Shown: positions 5,332 to 8,697 of the stretch, in pieces
Position numbering within the stretch: the first letter of the stretch is position 1
Layout: every line of letters begins with the position of its first letter
Virus record (IMG/VR): IMGVR_UViG_3300005977_000014
Span: 1 to 8,697 of that record
Length of the DNA stretch: 8,697 nt
Strand: one strand, 5' to 3'
Translations under genes and position numbers: made by a program
Notes under the pieces: generated by a model
The model's database searches: none
Seen by the model: only the letters and a program-made list of their open reading frames with translations
What the model was told of the DNA's origin: nothing

Positions 5332-6639
5332 ATGAGTAGTGATTTTCAGTTTTTGGATAAAGTCAAAACTCATTCTTTTTTTTACAATCCCCGTGATACA
5401 GAAAGAGTTTTAAATATAATTCTCTCTGGAAAACAGATTGAAGAAAGAAAAAAAATTGAGATTTTAAAAGCTTATAAACGCGGAATTGATCAACAATATT
5501 TTCAAAGCTATTTATTATTTAATGATGAAGTTAAGTTTATTTCAAAAATTACAAGTTTTAAAGTAAAAGATGGTTCAGTAATAGCGAAATTTCAAAATGG
5601 ATTTACTGGTGAATTTGACCCACATCTTATAGCTGATAATCCTGAAGATTTCTATAACCTAATAACTTCTTATATGTTTGTTAAAATTAGAAAAGGCATA
5701 AATGACTGGCATATTTATGATATCTATTCAATTGAACCGCCGAATAATTATGAAATTGCAAAAGAATTATTTGACTTAGGAAATCAGGAACATCAAACAT
5801 ATGCTCTTCTACTTCAAAGCTTTGGATATGATGTAACAAAAATGGATACAACTGACATATTTTTATTTTTGCCAAGACTATTTCCACTTTTCAAATCACC
5901 AATTACAAAGAGACAGATAAATTATATTGAAATTTCTAATAGAGGAACTGGAAAAACTACAACTTTTATGATTTTACAAGAAGTTTTCAATTTTCGTTAT
6001 TATACTGAGCCTCCAACTTACGCCAATTTAGTCTATGATGCCCGAAACAATATGTATGGAGCTGTATTTTTATCGAATGGCTTAATTTTTGATGAAATTC
6101 AAACTTGGAAAAACGGATTTTCAGCAAAAGAATTAAATACTATAAATTCAACATTAAGCACTGGAATTGAGAATTGTATTTGGACTAGAGGAGCTGGAAC
6201 AGAGTCAAAATCTGCTACTATTCAAAAATGTATTCCAATAATTTACGCAGGTAATCCTTATGCTTACACAATTAATAGACTAATAGCTCCAGATGTAGAA
6301 GATTATTTACAAAATTACGAAATTTTCACTTCTGCAATTTTAGATAGAATTCATATTATTCAAATCGCAATTAAAAAAACTTATGATAAAATTATAAATG
6401 CCCAAGTTTTATATCCCTCAATTTTAAAAGCTTTAATTGAATTAATTCAGCAGAAGATAAATAGCATCAATAATTATGTAAATTGCGAAAATTTAGAATC
6501 TAGAAGACAAGAACAAAGTATTGATATCCAAATTTTATTGCAAGCATTAGATGTTGATTTACAAATTGGAAAAGTTCAAAATGAAGAAGTTTGCAATAAA
6601 ATAATAAACTTAATGAGATTTTTCAATTTAGGAGAGTGA
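5332..6639 (+). CDS. AAA+ P-loop ATPase (SIRV2 gp18/ORF436-like), 435 aa
   Basis: Walker [10 protein letters not shown], Walker B LIFDE, sensor IIYAGN, arginine finger AILDRI; position between SSB and Cas4-like nuclease. Confidence 0.92.
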   Translation: MSSDFQFLDKVKTHSFFYNPRDTERVLNIILSGKQIEERKKIEILKAYKRGIDQQYFQSYLLFNDEVKFISKITSFKVKDGSVIAKFQNGFTGEFDPHLIADNPEDFYNLITSYMFVKIRKGINDWHIYDIYSIEPPNNYEIAKELFDLGNQEHQTYALLLQSFGYDVTKMDTTDIFLFLPRLFPLFKSPITKRQINYIEISNRGTGKTTTFMILQEVFNFRYYTEPPTYANLVYDARNNMYGAVFLSNGLIFDEIQTWKNGFSAKELNTINSTLSTGIENCIWTRGAGTESKSATIQKCIPIIYAGNPYAYTINRLIAPDVEDYLQNYEIFTSAILDRIHIIQIAIKKTYDKIINAQVLYPSILKALIELIQQKINSINNYVNCENLESRRQEQSIDIQILLQALDVDLQIGKVQNEEVCNKIINLMRFFNLGE

Positions 6640-6643
6640 AACT

Positions 6644-7258
6644 ATGAATTATGAAGAATTTGTGAAACAAAGCTTCAAAATGAAATATCCAGAGGATACA
6701 ATATTTCCTAGTGAAATTGGAATTTGTTTCAGAAAAAGTTATCTTAGTAGAAAATTTGAATTTGAGAGAGGAATTAATGAAATTAGTTTAGATCTAGGAG
6801 AACAACATCATGAAAGAGTAGAAAATTATTTTGTTGAAAAATTAGGCTGTAAAAGTGAAGTTGAAGTGAAAGGCGAAATTGAAGGATTAAAAATTTCTGG
6901 AAGAATTGACTTAATTTGTAATAACGATCTTATAGAACTAAAAACTATCACAAGTAACTATTTTAATATAAAGGAATATCATCTTTATCAAGTTTCAATT
7001 TACTATTACTTATTACAACAACAAAACTATAAAATTGATAATGTCTATATCATATATTTAAATAGAATAAATAAAGAAGTTAAGCAATTCCAAATAAATA
7101 AAAAAGTATTAGACGAATATATGAAAAAAACAATTGACTGGATTAGAAAATTTAAAGAATTTATGAAATCACAAGATTACAAAACTATACCTGGCGCGAA
7201 TAATTATCTATGCAAAGCCTGTGAGTTCAGAGCAAAATGTTACGGTTCCTTATTTTGA
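6644..7258 (+). CDS. cas4: Cas4-like (RecB family, Fe-S) nuclease (SIRV2 gp19/ORF207-like), 204 aa
   Basis: N-terminal Cys ([10 protein letters not shown]), G..HH, GRID, ELK, QVSIY and C-terminal [10 protein letters not shown]. Confidence 0.93.
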   Translation: MNYEEFVKQSFKMKYPEDTIFPSEIGICFRKSYLSRKFEFERGINEISLDLGEQHHERVENYFVEKLGCKSEVEVKGEIEGLKISGRIDLICNNDLIELKTITSNYFNIKEYHLYQVSIYYYLLQQQNYKIDNVYIIYLNRINKEVKQFQINKKVLDEYMKKTIDWIRKFKEFMKSQDYKTIPGANNYLCKACEFRAKCYGSLF

Positions 7259-7310
7259 AAAAATAAAAATATTTTTATTTGTCATGTAACATAACGTTAA
7301 TCGTGAAAAC

Positions 7311-7574
7311 ATGTCAGACATATATGAAGTAAAAAAACAACAAATTAAACAAAAAATAGAAGAAATGGATGATAATCAAATATTAAAACTTCTAGAAAAT
7401 GCTTTTATCTTCAATAGAAAGGCAGAATTAATACTATATACAAAATCTGATAATTCAATTTCTGGATATATTAAAATTGCTAATAAAATGATAAAATTTA
7501 AAATATGGTTTTCAACTTTTGGAAATACAAAATCTATAACTATTGGCAATATAACAAAAATTGTGAAAGGTTGA
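7311..7574 (+). CDS. Hypothetical protein, 87 aa
   Basis: Open frame with own TTTTTATT-TGTCA promoter (7280-7284) and GTGA SD-like element. Confidence 0.78.
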   Translation: MSDIYEVKKQQIKQKIEEMDDNQILKLLENAFIFNRKAELILYTKSDNSISGYIKIANKMIKFKIWFSTFGNTKSITIGNITKIVKG

Positions 7575-7580
7575 CAGAAA

Positions 7581-7796
7581 ATGATAGACTACGAATTTGA
7601 CTATAACGAAATAAAAAGTGAATTGGAAAATGTGGTAAATGAGTTAATAGAAATTAAAGAAAAACTAGAAGAATTAATGAAAGTTGCTAATTATTATGAT
7701 GAACTATATGATTACTATGAATTTGCAAAAAGTAAAATTGAAGAATTAGAAGATGTGATATTTCAAATAGAAAATATAATTTATAGCTTTAAATAA
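7581..7796 (+). CDS. Small acidic coiled-coil protein, 71 aa
   Basis: Starts 6 nt after previous stop; heptad pattern; about 20 D/E versus 7 K. Confidence 0.72.
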   Translation: MIDYEFDYNEIKSELENVVNELIEIKEKLEELMKVANYYDELYDYYEFAKSKIEELEDVIFQIENIIYSFK

Positions 7797-7973
7797 AAAA
7801 TATATTTACTTTTTTATTTTATATTATCAAATATTATTACAAAATTGAGAAAAATTATTGATAAAAATAGAATTGACATGTTGAAAATAATAAATTAAGA
7901 AAATGAAGAAGATATGAAGAATGAAACTAGAAAACTAAAAGATAAAATTAGGAAAAAACAAAAAATAAAAAAA

Positions 7974-8222
7974 TTATTGCTTTAGATAAACACGTTTTTT
8001 ATATCTACCGCTCTCCGGATTAAGTTCATAACGAATTTCTATAAGTCCTTTTTTCTCTAAATTCTGTAACCTCTTATTGACAACTCCATCATACTTGTTA
8101 GCCCACGAAAACTTTCTTATCAATTCATCTTTCCATATTCCCTCGGGATATTTAGCTAAAAAATCTAAAACCGCTTTTTCTTTTCTCCCAAGACGACTTT
8201 TTTGACTTTTTGCTTGATTCAT
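7974..8222 (-). CDS. Winged helix-turn-helix protein, 82 aa
   Basis: LGRKEKAVLDFL...IWKDELIRKF...VVNKRLQNLEKKGLIEIR...KKRVYL is a wHTH pattern. Start moved from TTG 8273 to ATG 8222, which has a GGTGA SD (8231-8227) and a TATA box upstream. Confidence 0.82.
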   Translation of the reverse strand: MNQAKSQKSRLGRKEKAVLDFLAKYPEGIWKDELIRKFSWANKYDGVVNKRLQNLEKKGLIEIRYELNPESGRYKKRVYLKQ

Positions 8223-8246
8223 CTTTTCACCAATATAATCTATGTA

Positions 8247-8268
8247 AAAACTTATATTTAAAGTTTTC
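8247..8268 (-). promoter_or_regulatory. Consensus BRE-TATA promoter (GAAAAC-TTTAAATA) embedded in an inverted repeat
   Basis: AAAACTT (8247-8253)-N7-AAGTTTT (8261-8267) brackets TTTAAATA on -. Confidence 0.6.
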
Positions 8269-8490
8269 TTCAAACTTTTACGTTTTCATTTTACGTTATC
8301 TAAATTCCTTCAAATTAGAAATAGTATGACAAACTTGAAAAAAATAAAACAAAAAAATAGAAAATAAAGAATCAAAACTAAAAAAGAAAAAAATTAACTT
8401 TATTTTGGCAAAACATCAAAATAAGAAGCAGAAAAATGTTACGTAAAAAATGAAAAAATCGAAAAATAAAAAAGAAAGATAAAATTGACA

Positions 8491-8673
8491 TTACTCTTTA
8501 ATTAAATCTATTGGATAATGTTTTTTCAAAATATGATATAATTTGAAAACTATCGGTTCCGCATAATCAATATTCGACTCTGGTAATTTTTTCAAAATGT
8601 TAATAATATCTTCCGAAACATCGTATTCTTTAAAATATCTTAATTGTAATCTTTTTGATAATTGAATATTCAT
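8491..8673 (-). CDS. Hypothetical protein, 60 aa
   Basis: ATG-started ORF with normal composition followed by long T-tracts on -; no recognisable motif. Confidence 0.6.
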   Translation of the reverse strand: MNIQLSKRLQLRYFKEYDVSEDIINILKKLPESNIDYAEPIVFKLYHILKKHYPIDLIKE

Positions 8674-8697
8674 AGAAATAATATGCTTTATTATTTA

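Noticed and set aside
5687-5887. 66-aa - strand ORF
   Set aside because: Antisense within the ATPase gene.
6644-7980. CRISPR array or cas operon near cas4
   Set aside because: No regularly spaced 24-40 bp repeats and no other cas genes seen.
8378-8491. 37-aa Phe-rich - strand ORF (MSILSFFFIFRFF...) with TAATG overlap to the 60-aa gene
   Set aside because: Composition is explained by oligo(T) terminator-like tracts that would also end transcription.

Overview
Very AT-rich fragment from the core region of a rudivirus genome (Rudiviridae; SIRV-like rod-shaped virus of Sulfolobales). Left to right: partial GT-B glycosyltransferase (-, not in the ORF track), two tandem 56-aa C2H2 zinc-finger paralogues, the 134-aa major capsid protein (-), a structured ~250-bp intergenic region with a box C/D K-turn-like RNA candidate, three unknown small ORFs, a dCTP deaminase/dUTPase-family gene, two coupled RHH regulators (-, not in the ORF track; SvtR-like and ORF59b-like) head-to-head with the pyramid egress protein PVAP, an HUH Rep (-) divergent from an RHH protein, the SSB / AAA+ ATPase / Cas4-like nuclease operon, two small ORFs, a wHTH gene (-) and a 60-aa ORF (-). 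A TATA+GTCA promoter motif precedes about 12 genes and lets several start codons be corrected. Family assignments come from visible motifs plus recalled similarity to SIRV1/SIRV2 proteins; no database search or folding was run. No CRISPR array, tRNA, rRNA or transposon is evident.
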